From Candidatus Eremiobacteraceae bacterium (GTDB lineage Bacteria > Vulcanimicrobiota > Vulcanimicrobiia > Eremiobacterales > Eremiobacteraceae), in assembly GCA_035314825.1 (NCBI GenBank), contig DATFYX010000034.1, forward strand, positions 2,036 to 66,035: a stretch of 64,000 bases of DNA. Direction: 5' to 3'. The notes under the pieces are model-generated. The model was not told where the DNA came from and did not search any database. It was given only the letters and a program-made list of their open reading frames with translations. Below, piece by piece: positions 9,673 to 19,281 of this stretch. The stretch's first letter is position 1, and each line of letters opens with the position of its first letter. The position numbers and the translations under genes are program-made.

Positions 9673-10869
9673 ATGATGACGTTAGGCCGCCTTGCCGGCA
9701 TCGAAATACGCGCCCACTACTCCACGCTGATCGTCTTCGGCGCCCTGACCAGCATTCTCGCGTACGGATATTTGCCCGTCGTCACGCCCGCGGCCGGTCC
9801 TTTGGAGCGTCTGGCGGTGGCAATCATCGTATCGGGACTGGCCGGAGTATCGATTCTCGCGCACGAGCTCGGCCATGCGCTGGTCGCTCGCAGCCGAGGG
9901 CTGACGGTCACCGGGGTCACGCTGTACTTGTTCGGGGGGCTCGCGCACGTCGGCGGCGCGCCCAACGATCCCAGCGACGATATCGCGATCGGTCTCGGCG
10001 GTCCCGCGGTCAGCGCCGTGCTCGCCAGCGCGTTCCTGGCCGGTGGCGCCGCCGTGATGCGCGCCAATCCACAGGCTGCGTTGTTGCTCATCAACCTCGG
10101 CGCGGCGAACGCGCTGCTGTTCTTGGTCAACGCGCTTCCCGGCTATCCGATGGACGGCGGCATGGTGCTGCGCGGATTGCTGTGGAAGTTGTCGGGCAAC
10201 GTCGTCGCGGCCACGCGGCGCGCGACGACCGCGGGCAAGGCCTTCGCGTATCTGATCGCCGCAGGCGGCGTGTGGCTGCTGCTGCGCGGCGACGTCATCG
10301 ATGGCATGTGGGTCGTGCTCATCGGGTGGCTGCTCGCTGGCCTCGCCGAGGGCGCATATCGCGCGATCATCATGCGCACCGCGTTGGAGGGCCTGACGGT
10401 CAAGGACCTGTGCGCGCGCGACGTCCCCGTGCTGCAGACCTCGGATTCGGTCGCCACCGCCGCCGGTCTGCTGCGCGCCGGCGCCTCGTCGCGCATCATC
10501 GCGGTGATGTTCGGCGAACGGCTCGCGGGCCTGGTGTCGGACGTCGACGTCGCTCGCGTGCCGACCGCCGACGCCGAAGCGACTTCCATCTCCAACGTCA
10601 TGTCGCGCACCGGCGGCCAGCCGACGCTCGACGCCGATTGCGATGCGCTGGTGCTCATCAGCGCCATGCCGGCGAGTCCGCTGCGCTGCATCATCGTCGT
10701 CGACGAACGCGGCGACTATCTCGGGCTGGTGCGCCACGAGGATCTCACGCGCTACGTCGAGATGATCGAGGCGCTGGGCAATTCGAGCGCGCTGAGCTCG
10801 CGCTCGCTGCGCCGGCTCGGCGGCGTGCGCGCCGCGGCTGACGCGTCACTTCGATCTCCAGCGCGTTAG
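9673..10869 (+). CDS. Site-2 protease family (M50) zinc metalloprotease with C-terminal CBS pair
   Basis: HExxH in a transmembrane helix (ILAHELGHALVA), NALPGYPMDGG motif, several TM segments, and a CBS-like C-terminal half. Confidence 0.85.
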   Translation: MMTLGRLAGIEIRAHYSTLIVFGALTSILAYGYLPVVTPAAGPLERLAVAIIVSGLAGVSILAHELGHALVARSRGLTVTGVTLYLFGGLAHVGGAPNDPSDDIAIGLGGPAVSAVLASAFLAGGAAVMRANPQAALLLINLGAANALLFLVNALPGYPMDGGMVLRGLLWKLSGNVVAATRRATTAGKAFAYLIAAGGVWLLLRGDVIDGMWVVLIGWLLAGLAEGAYRAIIMRTALEGLTVKDLCARDVPVLQTSDSVATAAGLLRAGASSRIIAVMFGERLAGLVSDVDVARVPTADAEATSISNVMSRTGGQPTLDADCDALVLISAMPASPLRCIIVVDERGDYLGLVRHEDLTRYVEMIEALGNSSALSSRSLRRLGGVRAAADASLRSPAR

Positions 10870-10894
10870 TCGGGCGATTGAAATAGTCCGGCGC

Positions 10895-12166
10895 CTGCGG
10901 CACTCCGAGGAGCTCTTCGAACGCGCCACGCGCTTCATCGCCGGTGGCGTTGATTCTCCGGTGCGCGCGGGCCGGGCTGTGGGCGCGCCGCCGCCGCCGT
11001 TGGCGCGCGCGCGCGGCAGCCACGTCTACGACGTGGACGGGCGCGAGTACATCGACTACCTGTGCGCCTACGGTCCGGTGTTGTTAGGTCACGCGCACCC
11101 GGCCGTGACCGCGGCGGTAAGCGCTGCACTAGAGCGCGGCGCCGTGTTCGGGGCGACCCATCCGGAGGAGATCAGGCTCGCCGAGCGTCTCGCCGTGCAC
11201 ATGCCCTCGTTGGAGCGCATGCGTTTCGTCAACACCGGCACCGAGGCGTGCATGAGCGCGGTGCGGGTGGCGCGCGCGTTCACGCGCCGCGAGCGCATCG
11301 TTCGCTTGCGCGGCCACTATCACGGCCACAGTGACGAGATGATCTTTTCCGCCGGCGCGTCCTCGAACTCGGCGCCGACGCTTGCGTGCGGCGTGACCCG
11401 CGCCGCGATGGACGACGTCGCCGTGTTGTCGTTCAATGACGCGGCGGCGATCGAGCGCACGCTCGAGCCCGAAACCAGCGCCGCGCTGATCCTGGAGCCG
11501 ATCGCGGGGAACATGGGGTTGGTGCTGCCGCAGGAGGGCTATCTCGCGCGGGTACGCGAGGCATGCACGCGCACCGGGACCGTGCTGATCTTCGATGAGG
11601 TCATCACCGGCTTTCGCGTCGGTCTGGGCGGCGCGCAGCAGCTCTACGGCGTGTTTCCAGATCTGACGTGCATCGGCAAGACGCTGGGCGGGGGCCTACC
11701 GATCGCCGCGTTTGGCGGACGCGAGGACATCATGGCGTCACTGGCGCCCGAAGGCAACGTCTTCCAAGGAGGCACGTTCGCGGGTAATCCGATCTGCGTC
11801 GCCGCCGCGCACGCGTTTCTGGACGTGCTCGAGGGCGATTCGACGCTGCACTCGCGGCTGGACCAACTGGCACGCCGGCTCGCCGACGGTACGAGGGCGG
11901 CGCTGAGCGATGCCGGGCTGGACTATCCTGTCGTGCGACTCGCGTCGATGGTCGACTTCGCGTTCCGCCCCGGCCCGCCGCCGCGCGACCACGAACAGGC
12001 CGCCGAGGCCGATAGTGACGCGTACGCGCGCTACTATTGGAAGATGCTGGAACGCGGCGTGTTCTTGCCGCCCTCGAAGATGGAGCTGATGTTCCTGACC
12101 GCCGCGCATACGGAGCAAGACATCGACCGGACGATCGCCGCGATGCGCGAGACGCTGCGCCGCTAA
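10895..12166 (+). CDS. hemL: Glutamate-1-semialdehyde 2,1-aminomutase
   Basis: GGVDSPVRA, YIDYLCAYGPVLLGHAHP, NTGTEACMSAVRVARAFT, FDEVITGFRV and CIGKTLGGGLP motifs. The ORF-track start (GTG 10961) is the Val of the conserved SPVRA motif, so the true start is upstream, where only CTG 10895, ATA 10883 and ATT 10877 are in frame. Confidence 0.9.
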   Translation: MRHSEELFERATRFIAGGVDSPVRAGRAVGAPPPPLARARGSHVYDVDGREYIDYLCAYGPVLLGHAHPAVTAAVSAALERGAVFGATHPEEIRLAERLAVHMPSLERMRFVNTGTEACMSAVRVARAFTRRERIVRLRGHYHGHSDEMIFSAGASSNSAPTLACGVTRAAMDDVAVLSFNDAAAIERTLEPETSAALILEPIAGNMGLVLPQEGYLARVREACTRTGTVLIFDEVITGFRVGLGGAQQLYGVFPDLTCIGKTLGGGLPIAAFGGREDIMASLAPEGNVFQGGTFAGNPICVAAAHAFLDVLEGDSTLHSRLDQLARRLADGTRAALSDAGLDYPVVRLASMVDFAFRPGPPPRDHEQAAEADSDAYARYYWKMLERGVFLPPSKMELMFLTAAHTEQDIDRTIAAMRETLRR

Positions 12167-13827
12167 GCGGTTTGGACGGCGGCGTCCTCCTGCCGGCTGA
12201 ATTGGTCGACCGCCGCTTCGCGCAGCTTGTACTTTTGGATCTTCCCGCTGGCCGTCATCGGATAGCCTTCGACGAACATCACCAGCGCCGGAACTTTTTG
12301 GCGTTGGATCTTGCCGTCGCAAAACGCTATGACTTCCTCCGCGCTCAAACTTTCGCCCGGCTTGACCTTCACGACCGCGCACACTTCTTCGCCCCAGCGT
12401 TTGCTGGGCACGCCGATCACCTGCACGTCCGAGATCTTTGGGTGGCCGTACAAGAACTCTTCGATCTCGCGCGGGTACACGTTCTCGCCGCCGCGGATGA
12501 TCAGGTCCTTGATGCGCCCGACGATCTTGACGTAGCCCTGCTCGTCCAGCACCGCCAGATCGCCCGAGTGTAGCCAGCGGTCGTCGTCGATCGCCTTGGC
12601 CGTCGCCTGCGGGTCTTTGTAGTAGCCCTTCATCGTGCCGTGCCCGCGCGAGCATAACTCGCCCGGCGTGCCCGGCGGCTGCGCAGCGCCGCTTTCCGGA
12701 TCGGCCACTTTGACCTCGACGCCCGGCAATGCGCGCCCGACCGTCGTCACGCGGCGCTCGATCGAATCGTCGGTGCGCGTTTGCGTGATCACCGGCGACG
12801 ATTCGGTGAGCCCGTAGGCGATCGTCAGTTCGCGCGCGCCCATCGTCTCGGTGACGGCGCGCATGACCTCGATCGGGCAAGGCGACCCGGCCATGATGCC
12901 GGTGCGCAGGCTGCTCAGATCGAAGCTGGCGAACTCCGGGTGCTCGAGCTCCGCGATGAACATCGTCGGCACGCCGTAGACGGCCGTGCAGCGTTCGGTG
13001 TGGATCGCGTTGAGCACGGCGCGCGGTTCGAACACCTCGATCGGCACCATGGTGGCGCCGCGCGTCATGCAGCCCAAGCTCGCCATGACGCAGCCGAAGC
13101 AGTGGAAGAGCGGAACGGGGAAGCACAACCGGTCGCGCTCGGTCAGATTCTGACAGCCGCTCACGTGATAGGCGTTGAGCACGATGTTGCGATGCGTCAG
13201 CATCACGCCTTTGGGGAAGCCCGTGGTGCCGCTGGTGTACTGCATGTTGATGACGTCGCTCGCGTTGAGCGAGGCCGAGCGCTGCGCGAGCTGTTCGGGG
13301 CTGATCTGCGACGCCAGCTCGTAGAGGTCGGAGAACTTGAGCATGCCCGGCAGGCGCTCGTCGCCGATGAAGAGCAGCCGCTTGAGCCTAGGCAGCGTCT
13401 CGAAACTGGCGTGGCCGACCTTCGCCCGATCGAGATCGGGCAGCACTTCGCGCAGCGTCTTGACGTAGTCGACGCCTTTGAAGCTGCGGATCAGGAAAAA
13501 CGTCGTCGTGTCGCTCTGCTTGAGCAGATACTCCAGCTCGTGCGCGCGGTACGCGGTGTTGACGGTGACCAGGACCGCGCCGATCTTCGCGGTCGCGTAC
13601 TGGAGATACAACCATTCGGGCACGTTGGAGGCCCAAACGGAGACGTGTTCGCCTTTCTTGATGTCCAGCGCCATGAGCCCGCGCGCGATCGCGTCGACTT
13701 TGTCGCGGAACTGCGCGTAGGTGAGGCGCACCGGTCGATCGGTGTAGACCAGCGCCTCGCGATCGCCGAAGCGTTCGGCTTGCCGGTCCAATAGCGTGCC
13801 GATAGTGATCCGATCGATGTCTTCCAT
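12163..13827 (-). CDS. AMP-dependent acyl-CoA synthetase/ligase (FadD-like)
   Basis: MEDIDRITIGTLLDRQAERFGDREALVY..., AMP-binding motif YTSGTTGFPKGVMLTH, and C-terminal GKIQKYKLRE. The 699-aa ORF-track version extends into the upstream gene; ATG 13827 follows that gene's stop. Confidence 0.85.
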   Translation of the reverse strand: MEDIDRITIGTLLDRQAERFGDREALVYTDRPVRLTYAQFRDKVDAIARGLMALDIKKGEHVSVWASNVPEWLYLQYATAKIGAVLVTVNTAYRAHELEYLLKQSDTTTFFLIRSFKGVDYVKTLREVLPDLDRAKVGHASFETLPRLKRLLFIGDERLPGMLKFSDLYELASQISPEQLAQRSASLNASDVINMQYTSGTTGFPKGVMLTHRNIVLNAYHVSGCQNLTERDRLCFPVPLFHCFGCVMASLGCMTRGATMVPIEVFEPRAVLNAIHTERCTAVYGVPTMFIAELEHPEFASFDLSSLRTGIMAGSPCPIEVMRAVTETMGARELTIAYGLTESSPVITQTRTDDSIERRVTTVGRALPGVEVKVADPESGAAQPPGTPGELCSRGHGTMKGYYKDPQATAKAIDDDRWLHSGDLAVLDEQGYVKIVGRIKDLIIRGGENVYPREIEEFLYGHPKISDVQVIGVPSKRWGEEVCAVVKVKPGESLSAEEVIAFCDGKIQRQKVPALVMFVEGYPMTASGKIQKYKLREAAVDQFSRQEDAAVQTA

Positions 13828-13835
13828 GGCGCCCC

Positions 13836-15422
13836 CTACGTCTTCGATCGCTCGCGCAGTTTGAAGCGCTGGATCTTGCCGGTCGCGGTCTTGGGCAGTT
13901 CGTCCACGAAGTGCAGCGCGCGCGGGTACTTGAAATGGGCGAGGCGCGCCTTGACGAACGCCTGCAGTTCGGCGGCTAGCTCGTCGGACGGCGCGTGTCC
14001 GCGCCGCAATACGACGTAGGCGACCGGTTTGACGAGCTCGACTTCGTCGGCCACGCCGACCACTCCGGCCTCGAGCACCGCGGCATGCTCGACGAGCGTG
14101 CTCTCGACCTCGACCGGCGACACCCATTGGCCGCCGACTTTGAGCATGTCGTCGCTGCGTCCGGCGTACCAATAAAAACCGTCTTCGTCCTGGCGATACG
14201 TGTCGCCGGTGTCCAACCACTCTCCCAGGAACGTCGCCTTGTTCTTCTCGTGGCGATTCCAATAGCCGGCGGCGATGCTGTCGCCGGCGATCTGCAGACG
14301 GCCGGTCTGTCCGACCGGCACCGGTTCGCCTTCGGCGTCGACGATGCGCGCATCGTAGCCGGGCACGATGCGGCCTGACGACCCGGGCCGGATCATGTCA
14401 GGGCGATTGGAGATGAACATGTGCGCTGCTTCGGTCGAGCCGATGCCGTCGATGATGTCGAAGCCGAACGCTTCTTTCCAACGCCGGTAGATCTCCGCCG
14501 GCAACGCCTCGCCGGCGGACACTCCGAATCGCACGGACGACAGATCGAAGCGTTTGGGTCCATCCGGCACTTCGAGCATGGCCGCGTATGCGGTCGGCAC
14601 GGCGTAGAATATCGTCGGCTTGCTGCGTGCCGCGATCTCGAGCACCGCTTCGGGCAACGGACGCGCCGGATTGAGAATCGTTGTGGCGCCGACGCCGAAG
14701 GGGAAGTAGAGCGCGTTGCCGAGGCCGTAGGCGAAGAAGAGTTTGGCGACTGAAAAGGTGCGATCGTGCTCGCTGATCCCCAGCACATGCTTGCCGAACG
14801 TGTCGCAGCAGAACACCATGTCATGGTGCAGATGGATCGTGCCTTTCGGGAAACCGGTCGTGCCCGAGCTGTACAGCCAAAAGGCCGCGTCGTCTTTGCT
14901 CGTCCGATAGGCGTCAAACGTCGACGCGGCCGCCGCACACGCGTGGCGGAAATCGACGACCGGCACGCCCGGATCCGGCGGCATGCCGGTGCCCGCGTCG
15001 TCCACAACCGCGATGACGGCGAGATGATGCAGCTCGTCGATGATCGGCTCGACCGAACCCCACAGCGATGTGGAGACGACGAGCGCGCGCGCACGGCTGT
15101 CCTCGAGCATGTAGCGATAGTCGTGCGGCTTGAGCAGCGTGTTGGTCGGAACGGCGACCGCGCCGATCTTCATCGCGCCGAAGAAACAGTCGACGAATTC
15201 CGGGCAGTCGGGGAGCAGCATCGCGACCCGCTGCTCGACCTGCACGCCGAGCGAGATGAACAGATTCGCGGTCCGGTTGACGCCCGCGAGCACGTCGCCG
15301 TATGTCAATGCGCGATCGCCGCACTCGACCGCGATCTTGCCGGCGCGACCAAGCTCGACGTTGCGATCGACGAAATGCAGCGCCGCGTTGAAAAACTCAG
15401 GCACGTCTGCGACGCCGGCCAT
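13836..15422 (-). CDS. Benzoate-CoA ligase family AMP-binding enzyme (aromatic acid-CoA ligase-like)
   Basis: N-terminus PEFFNAALHFVDRNVELGRAGKIAV..., YSSGTTGFPKGTIHLHHDM, and C-terminal LPKTATGKIQRFKLRE. AGGAGG lies 5 nt upstream of the ATG. Confidence 0.75.
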   Translation of the reverse strand: MAGVADVPEFFNAALHFVDRNVELGRAGKIAVECGDRALTYGDVLAGVNRTANLFISLGVQVEQRVAMLLPDCPEFVDCFFGAMKIGAVAVPTNTLLKPHDYRYMLEDSRARALVVSTSLWGSVEPIIDELHHLAVIAVVDDAGTGMPPDPGVPVVDFRHACAAAASTFDAYRTSKDDAAFWLYSSGTTGFPKGTIHLHHDMVFCCDTFGKHVLGISEHDRTFSVAKLFFAYGLGNALYFPFGVGATTILNPARPLPEAVLEIAARSKPTIFYAVPTAYAAMLEVPDGPKRFDLSSVRFGVSAGEALPAEIYRRWKEAFGFDIIDGIGSTEAAHMFISNRPDMIRPGSSGRIVPGYDARIVDAEGEPVPVGQTGRLQIAGDSIAAGYWNRHEKNKATFLGEWLDTGDTYRQDEDGFYWYAGRSDDMLKVGGQWVSPVEVESTLVEHAAVLEAGVVGVADEVELVKPVAYVVLRRGHAPSDELAAELQAFVKARLAHFKYPRALHFVDELPKTATGKIQRFKLRERSKT

Positions 15423-15531
15423 CTACGCCTCCTAGCTCGGTGGGTGGGCGGGCTACCCCGGGAGGTCGCTTCCTCCGCCGGCGCGTACTATCCGCCAACC
15501 CTTTGCGCGTCGCACGAAAGGCTGACTGACG

Positions 15532-16647
15532 ATGCATAGCTCTACTCGGGCGTTTTTCGCATTTTCCGCCGCGGCGCTGCTCGTGCTCAGCGCATGCCCC
15601 GCGCGGGCGGCAAGCGGCGATGCCGGCGTCGGTGCCGTCTTCGACATCAGCGGCTCAGCCGGCTCGTACGGAGACGGGCAGAAGAACGGGCTGATGCTCG
15701 GCCAGGACTACGTCAACAAGAACGGCCGCGTGCACCTGACGTTCGACATCGAAGACGCGGCCTCGCAAAAGGGCCAAGCCGTCAATCTGTTCCAATCGTT
15801 CACGACGGGTGGCAAGGTGGCCGCGATCATCGGCCCCACCTTGTCGAGCGAAGCGTTTGCGGCCGACCCGATCGCCGTCGCCGCCGGCATGCCGGTGCTC
15901 GGCATCTCCAACACCGCCAATGGCGTCACCGCGATGGGACCTTGCGTCTTTCGCGACTCCCTGACCGAAGCGGCGGTCGTGCCGCACGCGCTCAAGGCCG
16001 TCATCGAGCGCTACCACGTCAAGACGGCTGCCATCATCTACGGCAACGACGACGCGTTCACCAAGACCGATTACGAGGTCGCCAAAGCCGCGCTGGACGC
16101 GCAGCACGTCCAGATCGTCTCGACGCAGACGTTCTCCAAAGGCGACGTCGATTTTCAGGCGCAGCTCACCAATATCAAAGGCGCGAATCCGGATCTTTTG
16201 TTCGTCGGCGCGCTGGCGGTCGAAGCGGGTCATATCGTCTCCGATGCGCACACACTGGGCATCAAGGCGCACATCGTCGGCGGCAACGGTTTGAACTCGC
16301 CGCAAGTCTACAGCTTGTCGGGCGGCGCCGCTGAAGGAGTCGTGGTGGGAGCCGCATGGGCGATCGGCGCGCAGACGCCCGGCAACCTCGATTTCGTCCA
16401 AGCATATCGCGTGCGCTTCCTCAAGGATCCCGATCAGTTCGCCGCCCAGGCGTTCGCGGCCGCGCAGATCATGGAGAACGTGCTGACGGCCGCCAAGTCG
16501 TTCTCACCCAAAGACGTATGCGACGCGATGAAGTCGATGAAGCCGGTCAACACCGTGCTCGGCGCGTTTTCGTTCACGGGCAACCGTGACGCGTCAGGTG
16601 ATGGCGTCGTGCTGATGGTGCATAACGGCCGCTTCGTGGGCTTCTAA
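15532..16647 (+). CDS. ABC transporter substrate-binding protein, type-1 periplasmic binding fold (LivJ/branched-chain or aromatic-acid type)
   Basis: Signal peptide ending ARAAS. Pattern VGAVFDISGSAGSYGDGQKNG...IIGPTLSSEA typical of Leu/Ile/Val-binding-protein-family receptors. Confidence 0.8.
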   Translation: MHSSTRAFFAFSAAALLVLSACPARAASGDAGVGAVFDISGSAGSYGDGQKNGLMLGQDYVNKNGRVHLTFDIEDAASQKGQAVNLFQSFTTGGKVAAIIGPTLSSEAFAADPIAVAAGMPVLGISNTANGVTAMGPCVFRDSLTEAAVVPHALKAVIERYHVKTAAIIYGNDDAFTKTDYEVAKAALDAQHVQIVSTQTFSKGDVDFQAQLTNIKGANPDLLFVGALAVEAGHIVSDAHTLGIKAHIVGGNGLNSPQVYSLSGGAAEGVVVGAAWAIGAQTPGNLDFVQAYRVRFLKDPDQFAAQAFAAAQIMENVLTAAKSFSPKDVCDAMKSMKPVNTVLGAFSFTGNRDASGDGVVLMVHNGRFVGF

Positions 16648-16653
16648 CCGGCT

Positions 16654-16782
16654 GGACGGCGTGAAGGGGTTCTGGCGCCTCGGCGCGCTCGCGGATTCGG
16701 AAGATTTGAATCTCCGCGGCTCCTTCGGCGGCTCTCGCCGCCTCAGAGGCCTCGTCTTCTCAGAACCCCTCTCACGCCGTCC
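16654..16782 (+). other. Long structured intergenic element: a 21/22-nt inverted repeat enclosing two inner hairpins, between the SBP and permease genes
   Basis: GGACGGCGTGAAGGGGTTCTG (16654-16674) pairs with CAGAACCCCTCTCACGCCGTCC (16761-16782) with one bulge. Inner hairpins lie at 16691-16717 and 16727-16742. Confidence 0.7.
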
Positions 16783-16797
16783 GCCCGCCTCATCCCC

Positions 16798-17676
16798 ATG
16801 TTAGTCCAGCAGCTCGTCAACGGATTGTTCATCGGCGCGGTCTACGCGCTCTTCGCGCTCGGCTACACGCTGATCTTCGGCGTGCTCGACATCCTCAATC
16901 TCGCGCATGCGTCGATCTTCATGATCGGCGCGTTCACTGCGCTGGTGCTCGTGCTCAAGGGCGTGCCCGTGCTCGCCGCTGTGCTCGGCGGTGCGCTCGC
17001 CGGCGGCGTGGCCGGCGTGGTGCTCGACCGCGTCGCGTTCTGGCCGCTGCGCCGCCGCCAGGCCGGCCCGCTCGCGCCGCTCATCTCAAGCATCGCGGTC
17101 GGCATGATCTACGTCGCCATGGCGAACGGTTATTTCGGACCGGACGTGCGACACTTCCCATTCGACGTCGTGCGCACGCCGACGGTCACGCTCGGACCGG
17201 CGACCTTCACGATCATGCAGCTCACGATCTTCGTCGCCAGCCTCGCGCTGATGATCGGGCTGCAGGCGCTGCTGCGTTACACGCGTCTGGGCAGCGCGAT
17301 CCGCGCGGTCGCGGAGAACCCGCGCGCGGCGCAGCTGGTCGGCATCGACCTCGAAGCGGTCTACGCACAGACGTTTTTCATCGCGTCCGCGCTCGGCGCA
17401 GTGGCCGGCATCCTGTTCGCGCTCAACTTCAACACGGTGAGTTCGGTGATGGGCTCGACGGTCGAGCTCAAGGGACTCGCGGTGATCATCCTCGGCGGCA
17501 TGGGCTCGATCCCGGGTTCGATGCTCGGCGGGCTGCTCATCGGACTATCGGAAGATCTGTCGGTCGCGTACTTGAGCTCGGGCTATCGCGACGCGATCGT
17601 CTTCGCGATACTGTTCCTGGTCCTGATCATCCGTCCGACCGGCCTGCTCGGCAAGCGCAGCCTGCGCGCGGCCTAG
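16798..17676 (+). CDS. Branched-chain-amino-acid-type ABC transporter permease (LivH family)
   Basis: MLVQQLVNGLFIGAVYALFALGYTLIFGV... is a typical LivH N-terminus. Polytopic membrane protein. Confidence 0.9.
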   Translation: MLVQQLVNGLFIGAVYALFALGYTLIFGVLDILNLAHASIFMIGAFTALVLVLKGVPVLAAVLGGALAGGVAGVVLDRVAFWPLRRRQAGPLAPLISSIAVGMIYVAMANGYFGPDVRHFPFDVVRTPTVTLGPATFTIMQLTIFVASLALMIGLQALLRYTRLGSAIRAVAENPRAAQLVGIDLEAVYAQTFFIASALGAVAGILFALNFNTVSSVMGSTVELKGLAVIILGGMGSIPGSMLGGLLIGLSEDLSVAYLSSGYRDAIVFAILFLVLIIRPTGLLGKRSLRAA

Positions 17677-17680
17677 CCAC

Positions 17681-18520
17681 GTGCACGCGCTACCGGCGTT
17701 CTACGCCGCGCACTCGGCTCTCATCAATCAGATCGGCATCAATTCGCTGCTGGCGCTCTCGGTCTGGGTCACGCTGGCCTGCGGCCAGCTTTCGCTCGGC
17801 AACATGGGGTTCATGGCGATCGCCGCGTACACGTCGGTGCTGCTGGTCATGCGCGGCCACTGGCCGTTCTTCGGAGCTGTGCTCGCCGGGTCGTGTCTGG
17901 CCGCGATCGCCGGACTGATCTTGGGCTGGCCGGTCTTGCGGCTGCGCGGCGTCTTCTTGGCGATCGCGACCATCGGCTTCGGCGAGATCGTGCGCATCTT
18001 CGCGGTCAACCTGAGCATCACGGGCGGCGCTGAGGGCATCGCCGGCATCCCGCCCTTGGCGAACACGCCGATCATCTACGGCTCGCTCGCGCTGATCACG
18101 TTCGCGCTCTGGCGCCTCACGCGCTCGCGCGCGGGCCGCGCCTTCGCCGCGATCGCGCAGGACGAGGTGGCGGCGTCCGGGCTTGGCATCAACCCGTCTG
18201 CCTACAAACTGCTCGCGTTCGCGATCGGCGCCTTCATCGCCGGCTACGCAGGCGCGCTCGCAGCTTTCTCATCCTTTTTCATCAGCCCAAGCGACTACGG
18301 TTTTTCCAAAGCAGTCGACATGCTCGCCTATGCGGTCGTCGGCGGCATGGGCTCGGTCGGCGGCCCCATTCTCGGCGCGGGCCTGCTCACGATCCTGCCC
18401 GAGGCGCTGCGCTTCTTGGGGAACTATCGCGACGTCGTCAATGGGGTGATCCTGCTGCTCGTCATCATCTTCTTGCCGCAAGGGTTATGGTCGGTGTTCC
18501 GCGGGCGGGCGCGCCGATGA
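17681..18520 (+). CDS. Branched-chain-amino-acid-type ABC transporter permease (LivM family)
   Basis: Polytopic. GQLSLGNMGFMAIAAYTS and AIATIGFGEIVR motifs. Starts 4 nt after the LivH-type gene. Confidence 0.85.
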   Translation: MHALPAFYAAHSALINQIGINSLLALSVWVTLACGQLSLGNMGFMAIAAYTSVLLVMRGHWPFFGAVLAGSCLAAIAGLILGWPVLRLRGVFLAIATIGFGEIVRIFAVNLSITGGAEGIAGIPPLANTPIIYGSLALITFALWRLTRSRAGRAFAAIAQDEVAASGLGINPSAYKLLAFAIGAFIAGYAGALAAFSSFFISPSDYGFSKAVDMLAYAVVGGMGSVGGPILGAGLLTILPEALRFLGNYRDVVNGVILLLVIIFLPQGLWSVFRGRARR

Positions 18521-19281
18521 TCGCGCTGCACGGCGTGACCAAGGCATACGGCGGCGTGCGCGCGGTCAAGGACCTGACGCTGCAGCTGCCCGAGCGTGCG
18601 CTGTTCGGCCTCATCGGTCCCAATGGCGCAGGCAAGACGACCGTGCTGAACCTCATGACGGGCCTGACCGCGCCGACGAGCGGCACGATCACGTTTGGGG
18701 AGCGCCGCATCGATCGCGCCAAGCCATACGAGATCGCTGCGCTTGGGATCGCGCGCACATATCAGACATCGCGCTTGTTCGCGCACATGACCGCGCTCGA
18801 CAACGTCGTCGCCGGCATGCATCTCAAAGCGGACGATTCGCTGTTCGGCCAACTGCTCGGATGGCCGCCCACGCTCGCGCGTGCGCGCGCGCTGCGGCGA
18901 CGCGCGCGCGAATTGCTTGAGGAGCTTGGACTGGGCGATCGCGCAGATGTCGAGGCGCGCAACCTCGCGCACGGCGAGCAGCGCCGCGTCGAGTTGGCGC
19001 GCGCGATCGCGGCGCAGCCGAGCGTGCTGCTGCTGGACGAGCCGGCGGCCGGACTCAATCCGGTGGAAACGGAGCGCTTGCGGGAAGAGATCCTCCGCCT
19101 CGTGCGCCAGCGGGGCATGAGCGTGCTGCTCGTCGAGCACGACATGGCGCTCGTCATGTCGGCATGCGATCGCATCGCGGTCCTCGACTTCGGCGAGAAG
19201 ATCGCAGAAGGCACGCCGGCGCAGGTGCGCAACGACCCGCGCGTCGTCGAGGCATACTTGGGCGTGGAGAGCGGCGCATGA
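18517..19281 (+). CDS. ABC transporter ATP-binding protein (LivG family)
   Basis: Walker A GPNGAGKTT, signature LAHGEQRRVELARA, Walker B LLLDEPAAG. ATG 18517 overlaps the upstream TGA (ATGA). Confidence 0.9.
   Translation: MIALHGVTKAYGGVRAVKDLTLQLPERALFGLIGPNGAGKTTVLNLMTGLTAPTSGTITFGERRIDRAKPYEIAALGIARTYQTSRLFAHMTALDNVVAGMHLKADDSLFGQLLGWPPTLARARALRRRARELLEELGLGDRADVEARNLAHGEQRRVELARAIAAQPSVLLLDEPAAGLNPVETERLREEILRLVRQRGMSVLLVEHDMALVMSACDRIAVLDFGEKIAEGTPAQVRNDPRVVEAYLGVESGA

Noticed and set aside
13828-14262. N-terminal 145-aa extension of the acyl-CoA synthetase ORF (12163-14262)
   Set aside because: It overlaps the 3' end of the upstream ligase gene in another frame. The conserved ligase N-terminus begins at ATG 13827, right after that gene's stop.
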